64,000 nucleotides of DNA from positions 76,818,001 to 76,882,000 of the forward strand of contig NC_043000.1 in assembly GCF_006345805.1 (NCBI RefSeq). Direction: 5' to 3'. The position numbers and the translations under genes were made by a program. How positions within the stretch are numbered: the first letter of the stretch is position 1; every line of letters starts with the position of its first letter. Below the pieces are notes generated by a model. It did not search any database and was not told where the DNA came from. It saw nothing but the letters and a program-made list of their open reading frames with translations. Positions 1 through 14,478 of the stretch are shown in pieces. Source of the stretch: Octopus sinensis (Eukaryota).

Positions 1-531
1 CCCAACAAAGATGTCCTCAAGCAAGCAGGAATACAAAGCATGTTTGCACTCCTCACACAAAGACGTATGAGATGGCTTGGACATGTTAGTCGTATGGAAG
101 ATAGCAGAATCCCTAAGGACATACTCTACAGAGAGCTTGCTAGGGGCACTTGGTCTGTTGGAAGACTGTTCTTACAATATAAGAATGTTTGCAAAAGGGA
201 CATGAAGGCCTGTGACATCAATATTAGCACCTGGGAAGCGGTTGCCAACAACCGTGGCGATTGGCAACGCGCTATAGAAGAGAGAACACAAAGGAGTGAC
301 AGAGGGAGAGAAGAGAAATGGAAAGACAGGAAAAGACGTCAACAAGAAACTATGACATTACAACCAGCCAAGCAAAGTCTATGCTACATTTGTGGCACCT
401 GTCAGAGGGAGTGTTTGTCCAGGATAGGACTACACAGCCACAGCAGCAGATGTATTAGGACATGAAATGTAAAAACCGGACTAGATTATTATGTGCAATG
501 CCACTGTCTCCCGAGACAAAAGGATGCCTAA
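1..531 (+). mobile_element. RTE (BovB-like) LINE 3' end
   Basis: ORF 40-465: RRMRWLGHVSRMEDSRIPKDILY...CGTCQRECLSRIGLHSHSSRC. Confidence 0.9.
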
Positions 532-699
532 CTGTGGAGCATACTGATTTTTCTACAGTTATCTGCAGCTATTGCCAACCAACTGGAAGAATTGAAAATC
601 AAAAGACAATACAGTAGCAACTCCTTATCTCATTCAATGGAAATTATAAACAATATCTGGCAGTGTACGCTATAGTCTAGTCACTTGTATAGTAAACCG

Positions 700-2145
700 G
701 TGATACATGGAGTCATACCCAATGATTGGTGTAGTAGCACCATAGTCAACTGCTACAAGGGTAAAGGTGATGCATTAATTAGGAATAATCACAGAGATAT
801 CAAGTTGTTGGATCAGGTGATGTAAGTCACAGAGAGGGTCACAGCCCAACTAATTAAAAGAAGTAAGTTAGTTTAGACAAGATGCAGTTTGGGTTTGTGC
901 AAGGGAGAAGTACCACTGATGCTATCTTTCTGGTAAGATAGCTGCAGGAGAAATTCCTAGCTCATGATATACCTCTGTACTTGGCTTTCGTTGACATAGA
1001 GAAAGCCTTTAACAGAGTGCCCCGATCCCTTATCTGGTGGTCAATGCGGAAACTAGGGACAGATGAGTGGTTGGTGAGAGCTGTACAAGCCATTTACAGG
1101 GATGCTGTCAGTAAGGTGAGGGTTGGCAACGAATATAGTGAAGAATTCTGGGTATTTGATATCTTCTGTTACCTAGGTGACCAAGTTAATAGCAGGGGTG
1201 GATGCTCTGAGAGCATAGCTGCCAGAATAAGAATAGCCTGGGCAAAGTTCAGAGAACTACCACTGCTGGTAACAAAAGGCCTCTCGCTCAGAGTGAAAGG
1301 TAGACTGTATGATGTCTGTATGTGAACAGCCATGCTACACAGAGGTGAAACATAGGCTGTGACTGCTGAAGACATGCGTAGGCTTGAAAGAAATGATGCT
1401 AGTATGCTCCGCTGGAAGTGTAAAATCAGTGTCCATACACGGCAGAGTGTATGTAAGCACCCAGAGAGAAAAGTTGGACATAAGAAGCATCAGATGTGGT
1501 GTGCAAGAGAGATGACTGTGCTGGTATGGTCATGTGTTGCATTGGGATGAGGACAGCTGTGTGAAGTGTCACACCCAAACAGTGGAGGGAATCTGTGGAA
1601 AACGTAGACCCAGAAAGACATGGGATGAGGTGGTGAAGTACGACCTTCAAACATTGGGTTTCAGAGGCAATGACTAGCGACCAAAACCTTAGGAGATATG
1701 TTGTGCTTCAGAAGACCTGTTGAGCCAAGTGAAATCGTAGTCATGGCAAATGCCAGTGCCGCCTGACTGGCACCCATGCCAGAGGCACGTAAAAAGCTCC
1801 ATTCAAGTGTGACCGATGCCAGTGTTGCTTGACTGGCACCCATGCTGGTGGCACATAAAAAGCACCATTTGAATGTGGTCAATGTCAATGCTGCCTGACT
1901 GGCTCCTGTGTCAGTGGCAAGTAAAAAGCATCATTGAGCATGGTCGATGTCAGTGTCACCTGGCAAGCTCCCATGCTGGTGGCACATAAAAAGCACCCAC
2001 TATACTCTCAGATTGGTTGGTGTTAGGAAGGGCATCCAACTGTAGAAACCTTGCCAGATCAGATTGGAGCCTAATGCAGCCTCTTGGCTTGCCAGTCATC
2101 AGTCAAACTGGCCAACCCATGCCAGCATGGAAAGCAGATGATGAT
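700..2145 (+). mobile_element. RTE LINE 3' part with expanded 3' UTR tandem array
   Basis: RT remnants (AFVDIEKAFNRVPRSLIWW), same family as 56995-60660. Four ~65-bp repeats at 1745-1995 and a GAT tail. Confidence 0.92.
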
Positions 2146-2721
2146 AAATAAGATTTGAATACACACACTTGATATCAACCCACCTGAGATACAAACTTTT
2201 TGTTTTTAAGTAATCTAAATTAAAACTATCCATCAAAATCTCTTGCTAATAATGGCAAAGATATTATACTAAATTGTTCATTATGATCAAAATTAAAACA
2301 TTGGTAATATATTTCAAAAGAAATATAATAACAAAAGGGTTACTCATAAGGGATAGGTATGATCTTTTAGCAGTTAACATTTAATTATATCCAGTTGGAT
2401 ATTTTCTCAGAACATGTATCTCCAACATTGGTAGATAATCAGATTTTACATTTCCAGTTGTAGCTTTAACTGTTTGTTATAGACAATATCATTAAATAAA
2501 TGTTCAAATTATTATTAACTACTTTTCTCTCTTAGTGATTAGCCTACTTCAGCGCAATTATCCTGTTTCAGTAGAAATTTGCATGCTATATATATTGATG
2601 TTACAGAGACACTGTTCAAATCAATATGTCAATTTATCTGACATTGGGAAACTATCACAGTTAATTGGGTTCCAAAAACCTTATTTTCCTCATGAGGAGG
2701 TTGGTGATAGGTGCAATTTAA

Positions 2722-2934
2722 CCTTTTAGCATTCAGATTACTGTCAAATATAATGCTTATTTATTCACAGTTTCGAATTAATCATGCGTTATCTTGTAGC
2801 TTTGGGATTTTGATGATATGACTGTATATTTTAAGAATGACATTGTAGGGTGGGCACGAGATGGGATCTGGCTGATTTGAGTATAAAACAGGTAGAATAT
2901 TTGGGCCGGATTAGTCGGTTTACATGCTAAAGGG
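2722..2934 (+). mobile_element. piggyBac-like MITE
   Basis: TTAA-CCTTTTAGCAT...ATGCTAAAGGG-TTAA. A second copy lies in the opposite orientation at 63478-63690. Confidence 0.8.
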
Positions 2935-4001
2935 TTAAACTTGAAACACAACAGATATTTAATTGCATTTCATCTAATGCTCTAACAATTCCAATAATCT
3001 ACTGAACTGGATTGATATTTAATCAACCTCCAAAAGAATTAAAGGCAAAGTTGATGCCAATACATTTTGAACTCAGAGCTGAAACAAATACTGCAAAGCA
3101 TTTTACCACATTAAATAACATTATCAATAATAATTCTAAAAACAGGAAATGACAGTGGTGTTAATGATTGACAAGTCAACAGAGATTAAGATAATATATA
3201 AAATGAAACCTATATATTAATGTGATAAAGTGGATTTCTGTTTACCACTGTTAGCAATATTAGGTGTTAACAGTACATGTGTTAAAGCTAACAACCTTTC
3301 ATTAAGGATTAGTAAGTAACCAATGAGATATGACAATTAAACCATTCCAACTTCTTTTTTGCATAAATGGTCTTCTGTCTAAGACAGAAATCAATATTTC
3401 TGTTAACAGCAGCTATTTAGATCATTACAGCTATTTAGGAAAATATTAAAATCTTGCATTCCTTACACTATCTTACACTCAACATTAGTTTTTCTATGCT
3501 GAGTGGAGCAGATTTACAGCAATGTCACATCAACACCATCACTGGATTGTCCAACTACTCCACATGCCTTTTTTACTGTACGCTATCATAGTCTTCTCTA
3601 AATTATAGAGGAATCAAAAGAGTACAGAGCTAACCAGTGAATCATACAGTATATTTAGCAGAGTTCATTTTGTTGCAAGTATTCAATCCAGGATTCCACT
3701 TTGAGGATACCTTCCTCCCTCCCATCAGACTGGGACTCTGTAAAGGGTAAAGGACACTGCCCTTCCATCTTGACTAAAAGATTAAAAAAAAATAAATAAA
3801 AGTCTATCCAGATGCAAGTAGGTCCCTCATTAAAACTTATTTTATTTGCATGTACAGTCAAGTTCAGTTCCATGTGTGAATGTAGCTTTTTAGAGGTAGG
3901 ATAAGTAGACAGGGCATAGCATGATATTGTACTAGAGATTTTCAGTAATGATCAGTTATTGGTGAAAAAAGCTTTTTTTTTTTTTAAATGGTAGTTATTA
4001 A

Positions 4002-5086
4002 CCCTTTCGTTACTATATTTCTGACCAAAATACACCCCTCATGAGTTTCAATTAAATTCTAAAATAATCATGAATCTAGGCTTGTTTCATTAAATAACTG
4101 TAACTTTTTTACTTATCAACATATTAATGTGATATTTGGAACATAATTAAAGAAAGGGTTCTTAATCAATTCTATTGCATAACTTTTGTCTCAAAGTGAC
4201 TTTAATTACAGGTAAATTGAGCAAAAGGTAAAAATATTAAAATTCTAAATTGAGCAAAAGGTAAAAATATTAAAATTTTGTTTAAACATTACCATAGAAA
4301 ATGAATCATCAGCTAATATTCAAATGGGTATGCAACAAAATTTTGATAAAGAAGAATTGTGCACATCACTATATCATCAGTTGAATTTAATGCACAACAG
4401 GTGTACCATAAAGGTGGAATAAAGTGAAATACTAGAATCCACCGCAAGTTTGACCAAACTAAAGAAATCGGTCAAAAAATAATATACGGCCCTGGTTATG
4501 GTATGGAAGTGATAAATTCCAGACCACATCGTTCTCTAGGCCATGCTGACTAACATTATTTTCCCTGTATAAAAACTAAATCCACGCAGTACCCAGTATT
4601 TGCTTCACAAATTTTGCGAAATTTGAACCCCCATTTTGTGTCTGTTTACATTTTGCGTAAGTTTGTTTCCGCATTGATCGCTTCAAACAATAACTTCCAG
4701 ACCACATCATACCCTAAGCCATACTGACTAACATTAGTTTCCCTGTATAAAAACTAAATCCACAACAGTACCCAGTATTCGCTTCACAAATTTTCCAATT
4801 CGGAATCAATGCTTGATAACATGAAACTCCTATCCATTTTCAAAGTTGAAGAAAAATCGATGCCAAAAAAAATCTCCCAAACTCAGGGAATTAAAATTAC
4901 ACGTCGATCGTTGTACAAAACTGTAGATAAACTGTTTACGAAGTATAATCACGTGTTTTCACGAATGTACTAAAGAGATTTGCTCTGATATTCTCATTTA
5001 AATATGAATAGGTAAATACGGGCGGCTTTGGTCACATTAACCAAAATTTTTTTCAGGCGGCTTTGGGCGGTTTGGTAACGAAACGG
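4002..5086. mobile_element. Non-autonomous piggyBac-like element
   Basis: TTAA on both sides (3998-4001, 5087-5090). TIRs CCCTTTCGTTAC / GTAACGAAACGG (1 mismatch). Internal ~100-bp direct repeats near 4516 and 4695. Confidence 0.8.
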
Positions 5087-5209
5087 TTAAAGGATGCAAA
5101 TCATTCCGAATCTGAAAAATATTAATGATTTGTAGGTACATGGTATTTTGTTATGCAACCATAAAATACTACAAAGTACATGAAATATTTTTATAAGTCA
5201 ATACCACAT

Positions 5210-5385
5210 TACTATTTTGTTATGGTTATTTATAGATATTCTATAGAAATTATAGCTAGTACTGATTTTTGCTACAGTGTTTGTTTACATTTAACACCTT
5301 GTATATAAAATGCTGTAGTAAAAATCAGGGTTGGCTATAATTTCTATAGAATATTTATAGAAATAACTGTAACAAGATAAAAGAT
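5210..5385. repeat. Hairpin MITE
   Basis: TCTATAGAAATTATAGC...GCTATAATTTCTATAGA with extended imperfect arms. Confidence 0.75.
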
Positions 5386-5539
5386 ATTGTTAGGACATTA
5401 TATTTAAATCTTGTTGAAGGACCAATGTCTCACATATAAATTTAAACTATTTCTTGCTTCTGAAAAAAATTCCCTATGATGCAGTTTTGTCACTGTAAAC
5501 AATAGTTTTCCTACAGTATTGGTTGGATATAATGACCCT

Positions 5540-5992
5540 GGTGTGCCTCGATGAAATCCTTTTGGTTGCATTGTGGTGATAACCCATTTGAAACAGGATT
5601 TGAAGTCATTTAAACTTCAGGAAATGGTTAAAATGCAGCAGGAGTTGAACTCAATTTACAGATGGGCTAAGAATAATAAAAATGCAATTTAATGCTGAAA
5701 AATTCCAAGCCCTGCACTACCAGTGTCCAAAACTGAATATGAAACTTACAGGGTACACTGGTCCACAGGGAATTTCAATCCCAGAGTCTAAATTAGTGAG
5801 GGACCTGGGTATCAACATGAGTGATGATACCTCTTTCCAAGTGCACATTACCAGGATGGTGACAAAATGCAGACAACTGGCTGGATGGATCCTGAGAACA
5901 TTCAGAACCAGAGATAAGGAAACCATGATGGTCCTTTGGAGGACATTCGTCCTCAGCCGTCTGGATTACTGCTCACAGCTATGGTCACCCAA
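5540..5992 (+). mobile_element. CR1/Jockey-type LINE RT C-terminal fragment
   Basis: MQFNAEKFQALH...RDLGINMSDD...LSRLDYCSQLWSP, abutting an RTE fragment. Confidence 0.85.
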
Positions 5993-7600
5993 TGACTGGC
6001 ATAGCAGCAGCATCATAAACTGCTACAAAGGCAAAAGAGACAGCTTAGAGAAAAGCAACTGAAGAGGAATAAACTACAAGACCTGGTTATGAAGTTCACT
6101 AAGAGTCATAACTTAAATGGTCCATGATAGAGTAGACCTAGAGGAGATGAATCTTTCTAGTACGCTACAAGAGAAATACTTGGCTAAGAATAAACTGCCA
6201 TTCTTGATTTTCATTAATTTGAAGAAAGCTTCTGACAGACTACCATACTCAGAAATTCAGTGATCACAGAGGATACTCAGTGTAGATGAATGGCTTACAA
6301 GGGCTCTGCAAGTTATGTACAAGGATGCAGTGAGAATCAACAATGATTTCAATGATGAATTCAGCAATGATCTCAATGATGAATTCAGCAGATAGTAGGA
6401 GTCCATCGAGGTTCAGTCCTTCATAGTCATACAGACCATCACAGAGGAGTTTAAGACTGGCTGTCTTAAACTCCTCTTCAGCATGAAACTGCTTCACTCC
6501 AACCTTTTTCTCTTAGCTTAAAGTAACCCCACCTCACGTGCAAGCTGCATGGCAACATTACTAGTGTTGGTGGCATGAAAAAAAAGCACCCAGTAAACAC
6601 TGTAAAATGATTGATGCGAGGAAGAACATCCAACCATAGAAACTCTCTAAAACAGAGACTAGAGTATGATGCAGTCCCTGGGCCCACTGGATCCTGTCAA
6701 ATCATCCAACCAATGCCAGCATGGAAAATAGATGATGATTTTATATATATATAAAGTTTTTCTAAAGCCTATAGTGTCTATTGGGAGTGAGCTGGAGTTT
6801 AGACTGGTTTTTGTGATGTTTAGCAATAAGAGTATAAGATTATCCACCCAGTGGACAGGATACCAATTTGTCATATAATGAATTCCTTAGCAATTGTTGA
6901 AACACATTTGTAACTGATGAGACTGAAACAATGCACTTCTGAGCTACATGGCAGTGAAACATGGGTTTTGACTAGAGGACTTGTAAAGGCTTGAAAGAAA
7001 TGAAGCTAGCATGCTCTGCTGAATGGGTAATGTCAGTGTATGTACACAACAGAGTGTAAGTGATTTAAGAGGAACACATTGGGTATAAGAGGCATTAGAT
7101 GTTGTGTGCAAGAGAAAAAAACTGCCCTGGTGTGGTCATATGATGCATATGGATGAGGACAGTTACAAAAAGTGCCAAGCTCTACTGTGGAGGGAACTTG
7201 TGGGACAAAGTGGTGAGAAAGGATCTTTAGACACTGGGCCTCAGCAAGGAAATGATAAGGGACTGGAAGTTGTGGTGATTTGCTGTACTTGAAAAGACAT
7301 CAAGCTAAGTAAAATTGCTATCTTCCATACATACAGGCTTGTCCTTTGCAGGTGCTGGTACCACAAAAAATGCACCCATGTTGGTGCTGCGTAAATGCCC
7401 CTGTACTGGTGGCACATAAAAAATATTCAGCACACTGTAAAGTGGTTGGCTTTAGGAAGGGCATCCAGCTGTAGAAACCATGCCACATTTGGAGTTTGGA
7501 CAGCTCTGCAGCTGGCCAGCTCCATGTTAAAACCGTCCAACCCATGCCAGTATGGAAAACAGACATTAAAAAATGATGACGATGATGCTGGTATGAATTA
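5993..7600 (+). mobile_element. Degenerate RTE LINE fragments
   Basis: NDWHSSSIINCYKGK, RT remnants and two 3' UTR ends (about 6740 and 7590) with the family tail. Confidence 0.8.
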
Positions 7601-8439
7601 GACCAAGCAGAGGCAACCTTTTTCAATATGAGGCATGAAACATGGCTCATCTCAGGTACACTACTAAAAAAATTCAAGGTTATTTTTCATTAGCATGCCA
7701 TTCAGAAAGTCATGTGGGGCTGCATTTTGCCTCCAATCCTAACTTGCTTTTTATCTCACTGTTCCTTACAATGACGTCACTGAAATACAGATGCTTTGCT
7801 TACAAAGGGACATAAAACGTCACTGCTTCCACTCAATATTCAGAATCAACATTCACATGTACACATGACAAGATTCTGCAGTTTCTGTCTACTAAATTCA
7901 TTCACAGAGCAATGGTCAACCCAAGACTATAATAGAAAATACTTGCCCAAGATGCAAAGCACTTGTACTTAAACACAAAACTACATAGTTGCAACATGAA
8001 TTTCATAACTATACAGCCTCTTAATAAGAACTTGAACAATAAGAATCTATCCAATTCTTGCCAGCATGAACACAGTAATACTAACAATAAAATAAGATAT
8101 ATATACATGCTTGTTCCAATTTATAGTATTTTGTTATTAGAGTTTCAAGTCCCAGCCCATAGACACTCTTCATCTGAGGCTAACTAGTAGAGTAAATACC
8201 TTCCACAGATGGTGTTTAACACTGTAGTTTGTCAATCGTAATTCCAGTACTTATCAAATTACTAAGTTATGGGACACACAGGACTACACCATTAACAACA
8301 GTTTAAACACAGACAAATGACAAAAAAATAGTTACATTATGTAGTTAGTTTAGCAAAACAAGAAATGTTCATGTTTTACATAAAATCAACTAAAAAACAA
8401 AATTGCTATCACCTGAATGAGTTTGAAGTAGAAATAACA

Positions 8440-9330
8440 CGGTATCAACATAAGACACAAGCATAAATGCTTGAAGAAATGTGGGTATATATGACTATGA
8501 TGTATAGATACTGTTTAGTGTGTGTGGATATAGTTCAAATTTACAGAAAACAAAAGATGAAGACATGTGGGAGAACATCAAGAAGGTCATTGACATTTCC
8601 AGCCTACGCTATTTAACAGAAAGGGTTGAGAGGGAAAAAATAGAAAGAACAAAAAAAAAAATGGAGAGAAAAAATGTGTAGGGATTAACAGTTCAACATG
8701 ATGAAATGACCATGTGTATATATATATATATACACACAGAGACAAAATAGTGGTGAAGTAGGTGAAGTATCAGGGTGGAACTTGAAGGTACAAGTTGAAT
8801 AGAGATCAGAGTGTATGAAGTAGTGATGGTTAGAGATGGGGAATGAATGAAGAACAGACGTTAAGGAATGGTTGATGATAGAGGGAAGAGTAGGTGATGA
8901 CTGCAGTAGTTGGATAGAATCGAGAAGTTGGAAATAGAGATGGAGAAGGATGGTTCATGATACATGAGATGGGGGTGTAAGTGGAAGTAGGCGATGACTG
9001 ACAGTACAGAAGGTGGTGATGGGTAGCAAGCCAAATAGTAATAATAGTAGGGAAGGGAAGAATAAGAAGATGTGGGTTAGCAGAATGCATGAGAATAAGG
9101 GGAAGGACAGATGTAATGCCGGGGAAAGAGTGAAAGATGTAAGGTAGTTGAAGGCAGATAATTTGGTAGAACAGAGGGTGATTAGCGTAAAATAGGAGTG
9201 TAGAGGGGCAATATTAAGAATTAAGGACGGTTCTGGACGAATTTAGGACAAATGAAGTGGTTCTAGGAAGAGAGAAAGATAACAGGTATCACAGAAAATG
9301 ATGAGACTTGCAGTTCTACTCCCATTTAAT
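8440..9330 (-). mobile_element. Degenerate Penelope-like element 3' part
   Basis: Decayed GIY-YIG-region remnants near 9200-9320, purine-rich tract, and a hammerhead-like motif shared with other copies. Confidence 0.55.
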
Positions 9331-9572
9331 CACACCAGCTAAATACCAAAATTATGAAGGTAATGGAAGGGTCAGAGAGACAATGGATGGTGAGAAAAAC
9401 TTGAGGAGGAAATTGGGGGAAAGGTGTGTGTGTATTCAATAATGAACTAAAAGCAGTGCTAGAGTTGAAATCATTATCAACTGCACATACTCAACATGTA
9501 CGTTTTGTTTATTCACAGCAGTATAGCACTTGAGTGATGAAAACACATGAAGAGATAGGCAAGACAACTCAC

Positions 9573-9638
9573 CTCTGATCCCATTCAGGAGTGATGGATA
9601 GCGATATTTCGCTATTTTTGTGGCCTATCAACATGTAC
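9573..9638 (-). other. Candidate 66-nt internal exon of a minus-strand transcript
   Basis: Minus strand tgtttgatttag|GTACATG...GATCAGAG|gtgagt. Strong splice sites in unique sequence; no recognised protein. Confidence 0.5.
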
Positions 9639-9864
9639 CTAAATCAAACAGCGAATAGATTTTACACTAAAAATAATCATAACCAGGTGATTCGATTTGT
9701 TCCTAGTTAGATTCAGCTGCTATTATGTTGATAAGCCACAAAAATGGTGAAATACTGGTGTTCAACACTCCTGAATAGGTTCAGAGACAAGTTGTCTCAC
9801 CCATCTATGACTTTCGACTGCTTTGACATGCAGCATAATGAGGGAGTCATCCCCCAGGTACTAT

Positions 9865-10300
9865 AATGCATGCAAACATGGATTGGACAGTTTGACTGGA
9901 GCTGGCCAGGCTCCAATTGTCTATTTTGGCATGATTTCTATGGCTGGATGCCCTTGCTAACACCAACCACTTTACAAAGTGTGCTGGGTGCATTTTACAT
10001 AACACTGGCATGGGTGCTTTATATGTGGTACTGACACAAAGTGCTTTACATATGACACTAGAATGAGTACCTTATACACGGCACTAGCATGGGTGCTTTA
10101 TACACGGCACTGGCACAGATGCTTTTTATGTGACACTAGCACCTATGAGCCTGCAGGACAAATACATCCCATCTAATGTGCTTGAATGTATAGATGACCA
10201 CGATTAGCTTGATGTATCTTCTCAAGCACAGCAAATCTCCAGAAGTCTCTGTCGCTTGTCATCTCTTCAGTGAGGCCTAAATTCTGAAGATTCTTTCTCA
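9865..10300 (-). mobile_element. RTE LINE 3' UTR fragment
   Basis: Reverse complement of the family 3' UTR, containing ~27-bp tandem units. Confidence 0.75.
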
Positions 10301-10454
10301 CCACTTCCATAACAGTAACATGAAGTTACACTGTTATGAAATGAATTCAGGAACGGCCATCTTTCGTTACAGATCCGTAACTATTTGTTATAAAAGAAAA
10401 CCATTTTCAAATTTAGAAGGCAGTTTTATACCTTCATAAAGAATTACAATATAT

Positions 10455-10795
10455 ATCGTAGCACTCTGTCGGTTACAACGACGAGGGTTCCAGTTGATCC
10501 GATCAACGGAACAGTCTGCTTGTGAAATTAACATGCAAGTGGCTGAGCACTCCAGAATCGAGGAGATTCAGTGTGACACAAACCCTTTGAAATACAGGTA
10601 CAACAGAAACAGAAAGAAAGAGTAAGAGAAAGTTGTGATGAAAGAATACAGCAGGGTTCGCCACCACTCCCTGCCGGAGCCTCGTGGAGCTTTAGGTGTT
10701 TTCGCTCAATAAACACAACGATGGGTCTGGGAATCGAAACCGCGATCCTACTACTGCGAGTCCGCTGCCCTAACAACTGGGCCTCTGCACCTCTA
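10455..10795 (-). mobile_element. tRNA-derived SINE
   Basis: Minus strand head GGCCCAGTTGTTAGGGCAGCGGACTC...GGTTTCGATTCC with A- and B-box-like motifs, followed by a non-tRNA body. Confidence 0.8.
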
Positions 10796-10797
10796 CT

Positions 10798-10829
<32 letters not shown>

Positions 10830-11617
10830 CACACGCACACACATATACATTAACCATGCCCCTCTCCTCACAGGAACCACCATACTGACCACAGAGCATA
10901 TCTAATCCCATATGCCATGTTCTCAACATTCCAGCCAACCCTATATTAGTTCATTATTTTTTAATCGATAATTCCATTTCGACCAATATACCAACTTCAC
11001 CATACAATATCGAAATAGAAGGAAACTAGAGTCGTGAGATAAACATTCAGTTTCGATCATAATTGTGTGTGTATAAAAAAAAGTCTAATTTTTTACCAAT
11101 CTGAAAAGCTTTTAGCGTCAAACTTCAGTTTCTATCACTTGAAAACAGTAACATTAAATCTTTCACTTCATATACTGAGCCCTTTATTCAATTAGGGCTT
11201 TTTGTTTTACATATAACATCTATCGTTATTGTGCACACACATGTGTAGCAAATATTTGCGTGTATTTTTAGAAGGGCTTGTGATCTAACGATACGCCACA
11301 AAATAAACCCTTTATGGACGAGAAACCAAAAGTAATAACATAAACCGGCCTTCTACATTTTTAATATATGCTTCTTTCGGATTTGTTTTTACAGACGATA
11401 TATATATACACACACATACCACATGGCAATTTGACTGCTATCTCTTAACAGTTGCAATCGCCGTTTAACCCTAGGGCAACTGTTATCGTATAAACCTGTA
11501 ATCACAAACTTTACTGCAGTATCTTTTTGCATATACCTTGTCTGCTTTATCTACATCCCATCCCTTTTTTTTTCTTTTTTGGCACAGTGGGATGTGATTT
11601 GGCTGATTCTAATAAAT

Positions 11618-11675
<58 letters not shown>

Positions 11676-12399
11676 TAGTGAGAGCTTATCAATTAGGAAT
11701 GGAACCTTATAGGTAACAATAACCGGTTGATAACATTAGAAGAGATAACATCCTGGACATGTTTGGGACCTACTAAACCTGATAGTACTGTCCCTGGTTA
11801 TAAGCGATTTCCACTATATATATATATATATATATATATAGTGTGTGTGTGTGTGTGTACACACGTGTGCGAGTGTAACACAATGTACGGCCTGTTTTAA
11901 GCGCGCGCAGTGTTACATTTAATGATAGGGTCCTGCCTCGAGGTGACCCCACTCACTAACGAAGATACCAATTTTTCTTCAGAGATGTTGTATTTCAGAA
12001 TACTTGAAATAACAATGTCTTGTTTTGTTATGAGCCCCTAAATCAAACAGAACCAAAGTCACATACGTTTCAGCTTTGACTATCCATTTTATTTCATCCA
12101 ATGTCATTCACTTTTTCATTTTGTTCCCTTTTAGATAATTAATATAAATTTGAGGAGGATTTGGTTCTTTTTTCAAACAGATCGAACATCCACGTACAGC
12201 TGTTCCCTGGTCAAGTAGGATTATGACAATAGGCATTCCTGCCATGGCCATCACGTCTTCGGATTTCATCGTCCTTTAACCAATTTTTAAAAATGTCAGG
12301 ATGCGTGCTATGAGATAGATTTGGTTATTTGTAGAGGATTGAACAATGTCCGTGTTCAAGAGACAATAAAAACAAAGAAATAAGGATAGCCTTTATTTA

Positions 12400-13450
12400 C
12401 TATTATGATAGAGGGAAGCGGTAGACATTAACAACAAGGTTGAAGACAGAAAACGGCGGCAAGAGGAGAAAGCCGGTCGACGGTATTCACACATCTGAAA
12501 TTACGAACACAATGTGTGTATGTACATATATATAATTATTTATTTATTCATTATAAGGAAGTATATATACACGTGTATATAAATCCATATTTCATGCGTA
12601 CAGACGGCTATCTTACATGCAATATAGCAATGTATGCGTGTGTGTATATACATATGTATTTAAAAATACGAGCCACGTATCTACTATACAGATAGATATA
12701 CAAACGATTATTTCATATTTATAATATAGTATTGTGTGTGTATATAAATATATAGCTCAGTGGGGTAGTTTTGAAAGAAGGGAGGAAATTACTTACTTTG
12801 GTTAAATTGAAGTTTTGACTGAAGTTCGTAAGAAGAAAAAACTTAATATTCCTTCAAAGGTATAATCTTGTCAGTATGTTATAACTATATATATATATAT
12901 TTACTACGTCTGTGTGAGTGTATTTATGTACTAAAGCCTTGTGAAGGCGGTGGTTTTATATGTATGTGTGAGAGAGAACGTGAGACGACGGCGGAAGTTA
13001 CCAGAAACCCACAGATACGTAACACTAGTGGTCGTCGTAGTGGTGCTTGTAGTCATCACGTGACAGAATGGTCCTAGGGTATTTTTTTTATTATTATCGT
13101 TGCTTATTATATCAATAAACCAAGTAAAGTAGTAGAATCCGAAAAATATTTGTAATTTCTGCATCGACAAATAGTAATTTTTGTTCTTTCCTCTCTCTTC
13201 CTCAAGCTCTTAATTCCTGAAAAAGTCGTAGAGACGCCGTCGTGACTTTTGTACGTATATGTGGCCTTTCATTTGATATATGTACATGCGATTGTAAACA
13301 ACAAGGTGAAAAGAAAACATCTTTTTGACTATTACATAGAAAACTAGTCTATATTTTTCAAATCCTGACCATACAACGTTACATACAGCCACAATGGAAG
13401 AGACATTGTTTGGTCTAAAATAAATAGCCCGTAATGCATGAAATTTCAGT
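12400..13450. promoter_or_regulatory. Candidate (bidirectional) promoter / first-exon region
   Basis: Local CpG enrichment in non-repeat sequence. ETS-like CGGAAGT at 12992, E-box TCACGTGAC at 13056, minus-strand donor GTAAGT at 12796-12791, plus-strand acceptor at 13205-13206. Confidence 0.45.
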
Positions 13451-14478
13451 CACTTCTCAACTTATTTACAAGTTTTTAGCGCCCTGTGGGCAATAAAGAA
13501 ATATATTTTGGATCATTTTCACAAACACTATGTTCACGACATTCATTAAATGCACTACACATTATCTTGTGTAATACCGATTCTGATTTCTTTTTCAGCT
13601 TCATTCATTACAATTGCTTTCACTATTGGTCGTCATTATGTTTATATAAAACGCAAGATCTTCAAACGTGTTGCCCATCCCTCTCCAGGTCAACGACAGC
13701 CGAGTCTTTCAGAGTGAAAAAATAGTGGAATTGTACTTTTTTCTATGAAATAGTGGAATAGTACATTTTTTCTATTGACACTTAAGAAAACATTGTTTCA
13801 CTGAGATTTGAACCCAGTCGGATCAAATACCGTATGGCATTCTATCCAACGCTCTCACGATTCGGCTATTTCGCCATCTTATGCTAAAACAACCGAAACA
13901 GTAGGAATAATGTTATACAGTGAGAACGAAAAGAAAGTGTGATGTTTTGAGCAGAACTCTTCGTCGAAGAGAAATAAAATGTTTACTTGAGTTGAAAGAC
14001 AACTATATTAATCACTATATTACACATACAAGAAGCTAACGAGGGATTCCTGTGATGTCACTCGACCTGCTTTAAACAAAAGTCAGATTTTTTCTCTGAC
14101 TGTTTTATATAAGGACAAAAAAACATCCGCTAATATGGCCCTGTATACTCCTAAAAGATGACTGGAACGCTTTTGACCTCAAGTTTTTATGATCAGGGTT
14201 GATATGGCGGTGTGGAGGCAGAATTGTTAACACGTAAGGTAAAGTGTTTAGCTGCCTTTCTTCTGGGTTTATGTTTTGAGTTCAAATTCCACCGATGTCG
14301 ACTTTGTCTTTTGTCCTCTCAGGGTGGATAAGTACCAGTTGAGCACCAGGGTCGATATAATCGACTTACTCCCTCCACCAAATTTTCAAGCCATGTATCT
14401 ACCGTAGAAACTAATATTTATTGCTTATGGTTTATCCCACTAAAAATCTGTATTTATCTATTGACATATATATATATA

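Noticed and set aside
1745-1995. CRISPR-like repeat-spacer array
   Set aside because: The spacers are diverged homologs of each other, the array is part of the RTE LINE 3' UTR, the context is eukaryotic, and there are no cas genes.
6914-6932. CTGATGAGAC-TGAAAC hammerhead-like core
   Set aside because: There is no stem II and no flanking stems; a chance match is likely.
10700-10795. tRNA gene
   Set aside because: It is a SINE head: no acceptor-stem closure or terminator, and it continues into the repeat body.
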